Source of the DNA: Planctomycetia bacterium
Lineage (GTDB): Bacteria; Planctomycetota; Planctomycetia; Pirellulales; PNKZ01
Reading direction: 5' to 3'
Length of the DNA stretch: 64,000 nucleotides
Assembly (NCBI GenBank): GCA_021413845.1
Contig: JAIOPP010000057.1
Span: 81,690 to 145,689, forward strand
This document shows, one piece after another, positions 9,082-18,140 of this stretch. The translations under genes were made by a program, and so were the position numbers. How positions within the stretch are numbered: position 1 is the first letter of the stretch; every line of letters begins with the position of its first letter. The notes under the pieces are model-generated. The model did not search any database and was not told the DNA's origin. It saw nothing but the letters and a program-made list of their open reading frames with translations.

Positions 9082-10461
9082 ATGATTCCGACTTTTATTC
9101 GTTCTGATCGACGCCACGATTCGGCAGTTCAGCAACCGAACGACGACTTACGCCGGAGCCACGACACTTCAGCCGCGCTTTTGGAGCTTGCGAAGCAGTT
9201 CGTTATCGCCACGGACGATGAAACGGCTTGCCGATGCTTGGCGACAGGCTTGAAAGAGCTGGGGAATTTAGAATCCGTAGCGATCGGTTTAATTGCGGGC
9301 TCCCGATGTAGGCTCCGCGCTATCTCCGGCATAGCGACGATCGAGTCGAATGCCCCGAACGTGCGAACTTGGGAAGCGGCACTTACCGAATGCGCTACAA
9401 CAGCCAACTTCAGGCTGGATTCGGCAACCGAGGCAATGACTTCCGTCGACGGAACTCAGGAACGGCCTTGGTGCCTTCCTCTGAAATCCGGCGATGGCCG
9501 TGTTTTCGGTGCGTGTGCGATAGTACTTCCAACGGCACTCGACGACACAGCAAATCGATCGTACCTACGAACGGTCGTCGACGTGCTCGGTCCACTCTTC
9601 GCTACGGCGATGCAGGCGCGCCGCTCTTCGGCGTTGGTTGTCAGCTTGAAACGAATCGGCAATGCCATTTCCGGCCGTCGACGCTGGGCCATCGTCGTTT
9701 GTGCAATGATCGCGACGATGATCACTCCCTTGCCTTTCACCGTCCGTTGCGATTGCGAGCTACAACCCAAGCAACAACGTGTCGTTGCGGCCCCTTTCAA
9801 TGCCGTTTGGCGGCAAAGCCACGTTCGACCGGGCGATTTCGTCACGGAAGGTCAACCGCTCGGTCTTCTCGACTCGTCCGAGTTGCTGAGAGAACTTGCT
9901 GCGGCGACGGCCGATCGAGATCGAGCCGCTAAATCGAGCGACGTGAATGCCGCTGCCGGAAAAACGGCTGCCGCACAAATCGATCGTTTGGAAGTGCGAC
10001 GTGTCGAGGAACGAAGGTCTCTACTCATGCGCCGTCTGGAAAATATCGAATTGAAGAGTCCGATTACGGGAATCGTGATGAGTGGCGAATGGGAACGCGC
10101 GGAAGGGGCCCCGATCAAGCAAGGAACCGTGCTCTATGAGATCGCGCCGCTAGATCGAATCGTCGTCGAGACATTCGTTGCCGAAGGCGAGATCGAACGC
10201 CTGCGGCCGGGCTCCTCGGCTACCGTGGTACTAGATGCTCGGCCTTACGAGAACTATACCGGTACGGTCGAGCGCATCTATCCCCGAGCGGAGATTCACG
10301 ACGACGCGAACGTTTTTATCATCGAAATCACACTGGATAATCCCGACCGCGTCCTGCGACCCGGCATGAAAGGACACGTTTACGTGGAGACGGAAACTCG
10401 TTCGATAGCGAAGCTATTCACCGATCGCTTTTGGCCGACATATGCTTGGATGAGTTGGTAA
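9082..10461 (+). CDS. HlyD-family adaptor with a GAF-like cytoplasmic N-domain and one TM helix
   Basis: Start moved to ATG 9082 because the track start at 8962 overlaps the upstream gene. The N-terminal ~215 aa has a GAF-like pattern (tentative). TM helix WAIVVCAMIATMITPLPF. HlyD motifs follow: RPGDFVTEGQPLGLLD, a coiled coil, SPITGIVMSGEWERAEGAPIKQGTVLYEIAP, RPGMKGHVYVE. Confidence 0.7.
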   Translation: MIPTFIRSDRRHDSAVQQPNDDLRRSHDTSAALLELAKQFVIATDDETACRCLATGLKELGNLESVAIGLIAGSRCRLRAISGIATIESNAPNVRTWEAALTECATTANFRLDSATEAMTSVDGTQERPWCLPLKSGDGRVFGACAIVLPTALDDTANRSYLRTVVDVLGPLFATAMQARRSSALVVSLKRIGNAISGRRRWAIVVCAMIATMITPLPFTVRCDCELQPKQQRVVAAPFNAVWRQSHVRPGDFVTEGQPLGLLDSSELLRELAAATADRDRAAKSSDVNAAAGKTAAAQIDRLEVRRVEERRSLLMRRLENIELKSPITGIVMSGEWERAEGAPIKQGTVLYEIAPLDRIVVETFVAEGEIERLRPGSSATVVLDARPYENYTGTVERIYPRAEIHDDANVFIIEITLDNPDRVLRPGMKGHVYVETETRSIAKLFTDRFWPTYAWMSW

Positions 10462-10462
10462 C

Positions 10463-12664
10463 GTGAGTATGAAAATCGGTTCGCCCTCATCTCCTGCGAC
10501 GCAAACTCACATTCTTCATCCGGAACGGCTCGTCGTCGCCGCTCGTCGCGACTTAAGGGTTTCGACTCGACACGATCGCGGCGAGCTTTTCTACTTCGTC
10601 GAAGATCCGTTACGAAACAAATTCTTCCGCTTAGGAAAAGCGGAGCATGCGCTATTCTTAGCACTGGACGGAACGCGAACGCTGGCCGAAGCCGCGGCCC
10701 ACACGGCATCGGCGTCGGGCTCACAAGCTCTCACGCAAGACGAAGCAGTCTTGCTCGGGGAGTGGCTTGTACGATCAGGCTTGGCATCGAGCGACATCGG
10801 TCTTGCCTCACGTAGTCCGACGATGTCACAAGTCCCGACAAGACATGACCGGTGGAATCTTTGGTCGTTTCGGATCACGCTGGGAAGTCCCGACCGTGCG
10901 CTGGAAACCCTGGACCCGTTCGGTCGATTTCTCTTCGGGCGAACATTTCTCGTGCTCTGGTTCGCGATTCTCGCAGCGGCGCTGCTGCAAGCGTTAACGG
11001 CTTGGCCGATGCTTGCGAAAAACTCGCCCATCGACTGGGGTTGGCAAGGTGCTTTGTCGCTCTTCGCGGCTTGGTGCGGCCTCAAGATTTTGCATGAACT
11101 AGCACACGCGATCGCTTGTCGACGGTTCGGCGGCAACGTCGGCAACGTGGGACTCGCATTCGTGCTGGGAATGCCGTCGCCGTTCGTCGACGTATCGACG
11201 ATCTGCCGCGTGCCCGACAAGTGGAAGCGGATCGTCGTCTCATTGGCAGGGATTTACATCGAGATTTTCGTAGCGGCGCTGGCGATGATCGCCTGGAGTG
11301 CTTTTGAAGATCCCTTAGTAAGGCAAGGAGCACTCGCCGTCGTCTGGGCTGCAGGAATCGGATCGGTGATTTTCAACCTGAATCCGCTCATGCGATTCGA
11401 CGGGTACTTCGCACTCTCGGATGCCATGGAGATGCCTAACCTATCCGCCGTCGGCCAAGAGGAATCATGGCGGCTTCTACGACGTTTCTTGTTCGGTATC
11501 GACGAAGCGGAGATCTCCGCCAAGGGACGTCGCCCCGCCTGGGTTGCCTGGTACGGCATCGCGGCGATGCTGTGGCGCACGTTCGTTCTCGGCTCGTTGT
11601 TGCTACTAGCGATCGCGAAGCTAGGAGCATTCGGAACCATTTTTATTTCGATCCCTCTATTTCTCGCTTGGTTAGCAAAGCGCCGAACTCTCCGCCGTTC
11701 CCTAATCCGAGGTGGAGCAAACGTCGGTAGGAATCGACAACGGCAAGCCGCGACCTGCACGGCACTCGGGCTGCTCTCGGCGATCTTGTTCTACTGCTTA
11801 GATCCAAGCACGAAGGAACTCGCAGCGGTGGTCGACTATGAACCGCTCGAAGTCGTGCGAGCGGGCACAGCCGGATTCGTTCGACAAGTCTTCGTATGTG
11901 ATGGCGAGCAAGTCTTCGCGGGACGTAAGATCGCGGAATTAGACAACGCCGAATTGCTTGCCGAGATCGGTCAAGTCGAACTCGCGATCGAACAATCCAC
12001 GATTCGCTCGCGCATGCATCGGCAAGCTAAAACAACCTCGAAAGAGCAAACGGAGCGATTGCAACGCCAAGTCCTCGAAACGGAGTTGCGGGAGCTTCAT
12101 CACCAAAGAGAAGGCCTGACCATCGTCGCCGCAACGGACGGAACGATCGTCTCGCGAGGCATCGATCGCTATGTGGGGCTACGGTTGGAAAAAGGGGATG
12201 AGATCGCCTCGATCGCCGGCGACTCAGCGAAAACGCTTAAGATTGCCGTGCCGCAACGCTTGGTGACGGCGATCGCGAATGCCGAGGATCGCACTGCGGA
12301 CGTCCTGATTCACGGACATCGAAAACCGGTATCGATTCGTTTGGCGACGTGCGACCCTCAAGCCTCGACGCGCTTGATCCACCCGGCGATGAGCGTGGAA
12401 CATGGTGGCATGCTGAGCATACGCCGGCGGGAAGCGACGCCGGACGAAGCCGGAGAAGGCAAATCAAGGAACCGCCGCGATACGACGATCGCGGAAACAG
12501 TAGAACCTTGTTTTCAGATGACGGCGCGAGCGGATGAAGAAACGCTGCGAGATGTGGCCGCCGGCCGTACGGCAATCGTGAAGGTTCGCATTCCATGGCG
12601 AAGCGCGCTCCACGATTATTGGTCGCGCTCCTCGGCTTGGCTGCATCATCCGCAAGCGGAATGA
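10463..12664 (+). CDS. Fusion protein: PqqD/RRE-like N-domain + M50 (site-2 protease family) membrane metalloprotease core + C-terminal HlyD-like domain
   Basis: 733 aa, starting at GTG 10463 or ATG 10469, 1 nt after the upstream stop. aa ~20-110 read ...LFYFVEDPLRNKFFRLGKAEHALFLALDGTRTLAEAA...LGEWLVRSGLA (PqqD-like, tentative). The polytopic core carries HELAH (11093-11107) and NLNPLMRFDGYF (M50 motifs). The C-terminal ~290 aa has a coiled coil (AELDNAELLAEIGQVELAIEQ) plus beta segments (ATDGTIVSRG), as in HlyD. Confidence 0.75.
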   Translation: MSMKIGSPSSPATQTHILHPERLVVAARRDLRVSTRHDRGELFYFVEDPLRNKFFRLGKAEHALFLALDGTRTLAEAAAHTASASGSQALTQDEAVLLGEWLVRSGLASSDIGLASRSPTMSQVPTRHDRWNLWSFRITLGSPDRALETLDPFGRFLFGRTFLVLWFAILAAALLQALTAWPMLAKNSPIDWGWQGALSLFAAWCGLKILHELAHAIACRRFGGNVGNVGLAFVLGMPSPFVDVSTICRVPDKWKRIVVSLAGIYIEIFVAALAMIAWSAFEDPLVRQGALAVVWAAGIGSVIFNLNPLMRFDGYFALSDAMEMPNLSAVGQEESWRLLRRFLFGIDEAEISAKGRRPAWVAWYGIAAMLWRTFVLGSLLLLAIAKLGAFGTIFISIPLFLAWLAKRRTLRRSLIRGGANVGRNRQRQAATCTALGLLSAILFYCLDPSTKELAAVVDYEPLEVVRAGTAGFVRQVFVCDGEQVFAGRKIAELDNAELLAEIGQVELAIEQSTIRSRMHRQAKTTSKEQTERLQRQVLETELRELHHQREGLTIVAATDGTIVSRGIDRYVGLRLEKGDEIASIAGDSAKTLKIAVPQRLVTAIANAEDRTADVLIHGHRKPVSIRLATCDPQASTRLIHPAMSVEHGGMLSIRRREATPDEAGEGKSRNRRDTTIAETVEPCFQMTARADEETLRDVAAGRTAIVKVRIPWRSALHDYWSRSSAWLHHPQAE

Positions 12665-12697
12665 AGCCCTCCATATATGCCTGACGGCAATAGAGGA

Positions 12698-14776
12698 TCA
12701 TCCACGCTTCGGTCGTGGAATGCGGGTGCCACCGCCGCCCCCTTTGCCTTTTCCTTTGCGACGTCCTTTTCCCTCGCTCGCAGTCTCGGAGATGATCGCA
12801 GCCGGCTTGCCCATATGCCCCTTCATCTTGTCGATCCGGTCTCGAATGTTCGCTGCACGTTCGAAGTCGAGCTCATCGGCGGCGGCAAGCATCTCGGCTT
12901 CCAACTCCGCGATGTATTCTTCCGTAATGTATTGCGTCTCGTCGGTGCGACCTACCGCGGCATTGGCTTCCGCATGCGCCGTCTGGAGCGATTCGATTCC
13001 TTGACGAATCGATTTCCGCACCGTTTCCGGCGTAATGCCGTGGGCGATGTTGTACTCATGCTGGAGCGTTCGGCGGCGCGAGGTTTCTTCGATCGCTCGC
13101 TGCATCGACTCTGTCACCTTATCCGCATACAGCAGCACCTTCGCGTTGACGTTACGTGCCGCACGACCGATCGTTTGCATGAGGCTCGTCTCGCTGCGAA
13201 GAAAACCTTCTTTATCGGCATCGAGAATGGCGACCATCGACACTTCGGGCAAGTCGAGCCCTTCGCGCAACAAATTGACACCGATCAAAGCTTCGAAACG
13301 CCCCTCGCGCAGGTCGCGTAGATGCTCGACACGCTCGAATGCGTCGAGTTCGCTATGCAGCCATTTACACTTAACGCCATGCTCATTGAGGTAGTACGAC
13401 AGGTCTTCCGCCAGACGCTTCGTCAACGTCGTCACAAGCACGCGCTCGTCGACGGCAGACCGTAGCTTGATTTGCTCGAGCAAGTGCGGCACTTGCCCGC
13501 GCGCGGGTAGCACTTCGATGATGGGATCGAGCAAGCCGGTCGGACGAATGACTTGTTCGACGACTTCACCGCCGGTTTTCTGCATTTCGTAAGGGCCGGG
13601 AGTCGCCGAGACGTAAACTCCTTGTCGGAACTTCTGTTCCCATTCTTCGAACTTGAGGGGGCGATTATCGAGGGCGCTCGGCAAACGAAAACCGTGTTCG
13701 ACCAGCGTCGTCTTACGACTTTGATCGCCGGCGAACATGCCCCGAATCTGCGGCACCGTCACGTGCGACTCGTCAACGACGAGGAGAAAATCCTTCGGAA
13801 AGTAATCGAACAACGTTTCGGGTGCGGCGCCGGCAGGCCGGCCCGTTAGGTGTCGGCTGTAGTTCTCGATGCCCGGGCAGTAGCCGACTTCCATCATCAT
13901 CTCGATGTCGAAACGTGCGCGAGCGTTCAGACGCTGCGCTTCGAGGAGCTTCCCCGTGTTGCGAAGCTGCTCGAGCCGCATCTCAAGCTCGGCCTTAATC
14001 CCGTCGATCGCTTGCTCGATCTTCGATTCGGGCAAGACGAAGTGCTTGGCGGGATAGATGAAGATTTCGTTTTGTTGCTGAATCGTCTCGCCGCTCGTGG
14101 GATCGACATACGAGAGCGATTCGACCTCATCTCCCCAGAACTCGATGCGGTAGGCAAACTCTTCGTACGCCGGCCAGAGTTCCACGCAATCGCCTCGAAC
14201 CCGAAACTTCGTTCGCTCGAAAGCGTAGTCGTTGCGCTCGTACTGAATCTCGACGAGCCGACCCAACATTTCATCGCGGTCGACTTGCTGCCCACGCGTG
14301 AGCGAGACCATCATCGCTTTATAATCCTCGGGCGAGCCGAGGCCGTAGATCGACGACACGCTCGACACGATGATCACATCTTTACGACTGACGAGTGCGC
14401 TTGTCGCGGCCAGTCGCAAGCGGTCGATCGCCTGATTGATCGACGCGTCTTTTTCGATGTAGATATCACGCTGCGGGATGTAGGCTTCGGGCTGATAATA
14501 GTCGTAATAGCTGACGAAATAATGAACGGCGTTCTCCGGAAAGAACTCCTTAAATTCGCCGTATAGCTGCGCCGCGAGAGTTTTATTGTGCGAGAGGACG
14601 AGTGTCGGGCGGCTGATCTCTTGAATGACGTTCGCCATCGTGAACGTCTTGCCGGAGCCGGTCACACCCATCAGCACCTGCTCGCGTCGGCCCGCACGTA
14701 GCCCCTCGATAAGCGATGCGATCGCTTGCGGCTGATCACCTGCCGGCTGAAACGGGCTATGCAGTTTGAAGTCCAC
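12698..14776 (-). CDS. uvrB: Excinuclease ABC subunit B
   Basis: [17 protein letters not shown], Walker [54 protein letters not shown], and the C-terminal UVR domain ([21 protein letters not shown]). Start set at GTG 14776, preceded by GGAGAAAG. The track ATG at 14911 would add 45 non-conserved residues. Confidence 0.95.
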   Translation of the reverse strand: MDFKLHSPFQPAGDQPQAIASLIEGLRAGRREQVLMGVTGSGKTFTMANVIQEISRPTLVLSHNKTLAAQLYGEFKEFFPENAVHYFVSYYDYYQPEAYIPQRDIYIEKDASINQAIDRLRLAATSALVSRKDVIIVSSVSSIYGLGSPEDYKAMMVSLTRGQQVDRDEMLGRLVEIQYERNDYAFERTKFRVRGDCVELWPAYEEFAYRIEFWGDEVESLSYVDPTSGETIQQQNEIFIYPAKHFVLPESKIEQAIDGIKAELEMRLEQLRNTGKLLEAQRLNARARFDIEMMMEVGYCPGIENYSRHLTGRPAGAAPETLFDYFPKDFLLVVDESHVTVPQIRGMFAGDQSRKTTLVEHGFRLPSALDNRPLKFEEWEQKFRQGVYVSATPGPYEMQKTGGEVVEQVIRPTGLLDPIIEVLPARGQVPHLLEQIKLRSAVDERVLVTTLTKRLAEDLSYYLNEHGVKCKWLHSELDAFERVEHLRDLREGRFEALIGVNLLREGLDLPEVSMVAILDADKEGFLRSETSLMQTIGRAARNVNAKVLLYADKVTESMQRAIEETSRRRTLQHEYNIAHGITPETVRKSIRQGIESLQTAHAEANAAVGRTDETQYITEEYIAELEAEMLAAADELDFERAANIRDRIDKMKGHMGKPAAIISETASEGKGRRKGKGKGGGGGTRIPRPKRG

Positions 14777-14961
14777 GAGTGTCTTTCTCCGTAACGTGGC
14801 GCTTGCCGAGGTCTCCGGCGACGACCTCTCTCGACGCAGGCCTTCTCCGTGCCGACCCATCAGCATACGGCATTCGTCGGTGCGGCGCGAAGGGGGAGTT
14901 TCGCGAAGCATTGCGGAAGGAAATTCGCATCGATTCCGCTTTAAGAAATGGCGCGTCGACG

Positions 14962-15402
14962 CTAATCGAATCTTACGTGCGGACGAAGCACTTCCAAGGT
15001 CTTGCGACCGATCCCTTTCACTTGCAGCAGGTCGTCGAACGATCGAAATCTTCCATTTCGTTCGCGGTGTTCGATCAACCGCCGCGCCAGCATCGGGCCG
15101 ACCTGCGGCAACTCGCCGAGTTCGGCGACATCAGCCGTATTGATATCGACGACAAAGCGGACGGCGCGCGGGCTAAGATTGGCCGCAAGCCGCTCGTCGG
15201 CATTCACTAAGTGTCCCGTCGGGCCGCCGGCGCGGAACCAGCGAATGCCCAAGCTTGCGATCGCAACGACGAGTAAAAGCGCCAGAGCCGCTTGATCGCT
15301 GCGGCGCAGGAAACGTCGACCTCGAACTTCGCTTTTTCCTTCGCTCGACATCACGATGACGCTCTCGACATGACGCCTTCCGTTGCTGCGGTTATGATCC
15401 AC
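14962..15402 (-). CDS. ComEA-family helix-hairpin-helix DNA-binding protein
   Basis: N-terminal TM ([14 protein letters not shown]). C-terminal tandem HhH: [53 protein letters not shown]. Confidence 0.75.
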   Translation of the reverse strand: MDHNRSNGRRHVESVIVMSSEGKSEVRGRRFLRRSDQAALALLLVVAIASLGIRWFRAGGPTGHLVNADERLAANLSPRAVRFVVDINTADVAELGELPQVGPMLARRLIEHRERNGRFRSFDDLLQVKGIGRKTLEVLRPHVRFD

Positions 15403-15434
15403 GTATTCTATCCGAACAGGAGCGTAAGGAAACG

Positions 15435-16394
15435 ATGCCTCGCAAAGACTACCGCGACGTTCGCTGGGACGCCCAACTCGAAGACGATCTTCGGCAACTC
15501 GTACGTCTCGCCGTGCGCGAAGACCTCGATCGGCATCACGACTGGACGACGGCGCTCTTGGTGGATGAGCAGGCCGTGAGCTTCGCGGCGGTCGTGGCGC
15601 GCAAGCCGGGGATCGTCGCGGGTTTGCCCGGCGCAGCGATTACGCTCGCGGAATACGACCGACGGATCGAATGGCGGCCGCTGGTCGAGGATGGCGCATA
15701 CGTCGTCGCGGGAACGACGCTGGCCGAACTACGTGGCCCCGCGCGCAGTTTGCTTACGGCAGAGCGTCCGATGTTGAACTTGCTCGGCCGCCTTTCCGGA
15801 ATCGCCACGCTGACACGCCGCTACGTCGATGCGGTCGCCGGAACGAAGGCCCGAGTTTACGACACCCGTAAGACGATGCTCGGTTGGCGGCGTGTCGAGA
15901 AGTATGCCGTGCGCATGGGAGGGGGCTGCAATCATCGGGTCGGATTGTACGACGGCATTTTGATTAAAGACAACCATTTGGCTCAAGGAGGAGCGCACGT
16001 CGGAGCAGAGCAGGGGAGCGCACAACGTTACACGCCGGCCGAAGCGGTCGCACGTGCCAAGCAATTCATCACGCAGCGATTGCTTGAGCTACCGCTGGAG
16101 AAAGATTATTGGGAGGCGATGCTCGTAGAAGTCGAAGTCGATAGTCTCGCTCAGCTCGATCTCGTGTTGCCGGAACTGCCCGACATCGTCCTGCTCGATA
16201 ACATGCCGCCGGCCATGCTTGCCGAAGCGGTGCGACGACGCGACGCCGTAGCTCCCTCGGTGGAACTAGAAGCCTCGGGCGGAATCAACCTTGCGACGAT
16301 TCGCGCCGCTGCCGAAACGGGCGTCGAGCGCATCAGCGTCGGCGGACTCACGCATTCGGCCGACTGGTGGGACGTCGGTCTCGACTGGCTGTAG
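15435..16394 (+). CDS. nadC: Nicotinate-nucleotide pyrophosphorylase (carboxylating) / quinolinate phosphoribosyltransferase
   Basis: Blocks LTAERPMLNLLGRLSGIAT, YDTRKTMLGWRRVEKYAVRMGGGCNHRVGLYDGILIKDNH, VEVEVDSL, LLDNM, LEASGGI and ISVGGLTHS. Confidence 0.9.
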   Translation: MPRKDYRDVRWDAQLEDDLRQLVRLAVREDLDRHHDWTTALLVDEQAVSFAAVVARKPGIVAGLPGAAITLAEYDRRIEWRPLVEDGAYVVAGTTLAELRGPARSLLTAERPMLNLLGRLSGIATLTRRYVDAVAGTKARVYDTRKTMLGWRRVEKYAVRMGGGCNHRVGLYDGILIKDNHLAQGGAHVGAEQGSAQRYTPAEAVARAKQFITQRLLELPLEKDYWEAMLVEVEVDSLAQLDLVLPELPDIVLLDNMPPAMLAEAVRRRDAVAPSVELEASGGINLATIRAAAETGVERISVGGLTHSADWWDVGLDWL

Positions 16395-16564
16395 CGATCG
16401 TAGCGATCGAATCGCTCGCAAGCCGCTCGTGCGCATCGAAGCGTACCTACTTCTTCTACCGTCGGGCAGCTTTGCCTAGGCGTTGCTTTTGACATCGCTG
16501 CACCACGACCTAGGTTTGCATGTGTCGGAACCTTGGGGAGGGGACCGATGCACGGCACGGCGAG

Positions 16565-16620
16565 GACGAGCATGACGCTTGAGGGGACCTCGCCGTGCCT
16601 CTTTTATTTCCCGCGTCTGC
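16565..16620 (+). terminator. GC-rich hairpin followed by a T-rich tract (terminator or 5-prime leader structure)
   Basis: Arms gcacggcgagg (16565-16575) and cctcgccgtgc (16598-16608) with a 22-nt loop, then ctcttttatttc. It lies 170 nt after the nadC stop and 32 nt before the first pseudopilin start. Confidence 0.35.
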
Positions 16621-16651
16621 GGAACGCCCGGACGCCGCACGAGAACTTCCC

Positions 16652-17245
16652 ATGCATCCAATCGACCGCAAAACGCGAATCGGCTTCACGCTCATCGAGA
16701 CCGTCACGGCGTTGACGCTCGCTTCGGTCGCCGGTGTAACGATTCTTGCCAGCCTCGCCACGACGACCGGAGCATCGCAAGATTCGCTCGACCGCGTCGT
16801 CGCTCTCGGACTCGCGCAGCAATTGCTCGACGAAGTCTCGGGAATGAAATACGTCGAAGCTCCCGGCGGGGAATACGATACGCCGATGGGGCCCGGCAGC
16901 CCGGAAATCAGTGCCGGAGCACGTAAGCAGTTCGACGACATCGACGACTATAACGGCATCGCGACGACCCCACCGACCGATCGTTGGGGAATACGACTCG
17001 GGACGGACGACGGCAAACAATCGACGCGTAACACCAACTTTCAGATTCCTGCGACGTTTCTCAACGGCTGGAAGCAGCAAGTCGACATCAGCTATGTCAG
17101 CGACTCGAATCTTTCGACCGTGCTCACAAGCGGCTCGTCGAATCATCGCTTGATTCGCGTGCGGATTATCGTTACCGAAACAGACGGCAGCGTCACCACG
17201 CTTGCCGACTTATCAAGGGTGGTTGCCAATGTCCCGGCAGGCTGA
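16652..17245 (+). CDS. Prepilin-type N-terminal cleavage/methylation domain protein (minor pseudopilin)
   Basis: Start set at ATG 16652. N-terminus MHPIDRKTRIGFTLIETVTALTLASVAG carries the class III signal (G|FTLIE plus a hydrophobic helix). Confidence 0.75.
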   Translation: MHPIDRKTRIGFTLIETVTALTLASVAGVTILASLATTTGASQDSLDRVVALGLAQQLLDEVSGMKYVEAPGGEYDTPMGPGSPEISAGARKQFDDIDDYNGIATTPPTDRWGIRLGTDDGKQSTRNTNFQIPATFLNGWKQQVDISYVSDSNLSTVLTSGSSNHRLIRVRIIVTETDGSVTTLADLSRVVANVPAG

Positions 17246-18113
17246 CCCTTCTCGCATCGCGATTCAGTTGCGAATTCGGCCGCGAAACCGAGCGTCGCGA
17301 CGTCGTGCCATGACGTTGCTTGAGTTGATGCTCGCGATGTCGATCTCGGCGATCATGGTAGGCTCGCTTTCCGTCCTGGCGTCGGCGACGAGACAAACGG
17401 CCGAGTTTAATCAAGGCCAGTCCGATTCCGTACAGCATGGACGAGTCGCGATGCAACGGATCTCGCGCGCCGTGGCAGATGCTTATGCCACGGAGACTTA
17501 TCCCGGCGTGGTGGTCGTCGACACGACCGTCGGCTCGTATCGCTATCCGGATACGGTCGTCATCTGGCGACCGGCCGGTGGCGTGCCGGCAAATCCAGCG
17601 GGGCCGCCGCTCATCAAAGAACTCGTCATCTTCAGTCCCGACGCGACCGATCCGGGCCTGCTGCTGGAGATCACCGCTCCGACCGACACGCGCACGATCC
17701 AACTCAACGACGCTTCACTTAACACCACCTCGGGACGTACGACCATCACCGGCATTAAAACGGCCACCACGAGCGTGAAGACTCAGATTACCTCGCGAAT
17801 AAAAACCGCAAGTGCCGCAACAGCCACGGGTGGTAACACGACGAGTTCGTTGCGCGCGGCGATCCGATTCGAATGCGAACTTCATCCTTCCACGGCGGAA
17901 ATGACGTCGTTTCGTGCCGGGTCGACGGCTTGGACGGACCTTTCCTGGCCGCAAAGTATTTACAGCTCCTCGTTCGGATTACGCCAGATTTGGCTACGGA
18001 GCGAGATTCAATTAATGGGACAAGACAAGAGTTTCGACGGCACTTATACCGCCGCGACGGCCGTATTGCCGTTCTTCGGTTCGGCAACCAACTATTACAA
18101 TCTGAACAAATAA
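17229..18113 (+). CDS. Pseudopilin-like protein with a degenerate prepilin signal
   Basis: Start set at ATG 17229. RRRAMTLLELMLAMSISAIMVGSL has the conserved Glu at +5 but A|M instead of G|F. Overlaps the upstream gene end by 17 nt. Confidence 0.65.
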   Translation: MSRQADPSRIAIQLRIRPRNRASRRRAMTLLELMLAMSISAIMVGSLSVLASATRQTAEFNQGQSDSVQHGRVAMQRISRAVADAYATETYPGVVVVDTTVGSYRYPDTVVIWRPAGGVPANPAGPPLIKELVIFSPDATDPGLLLEITAPTDTRTIQLNDASLNTTSGRTTITGIKTATTSVKTQITSRIKTASAATATGGNTTSSLRAAIRFECELHPSTAEMTSFRAGSTAWTDLSWPQSIYSSSFGLRQIWLRSEIQLMGQDKSFDGTYTAATAVLPFFGSATNYYNLNK

Positions 18114-18140
18114 CGGTCTCGCCGACCCTCGGCTACTCGC

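Noticed and set aside
13850-14566. 238-aa plus-strand ORF antisense to uvrB
   Set aside because: uvrB on the minus strand is unambiguous, and the antisense product has no motifs.
16495-16530. Possible sigma-54 (-24/-12) promoter upstream of the pseudopilin operon (ctgcac...tttgca)
   Set aside because: The GG of the -24 element is missing (TGCAC rather than TGGCAC). The spacing to TTGC is ~12 nt instead of the 4-5 nt required.
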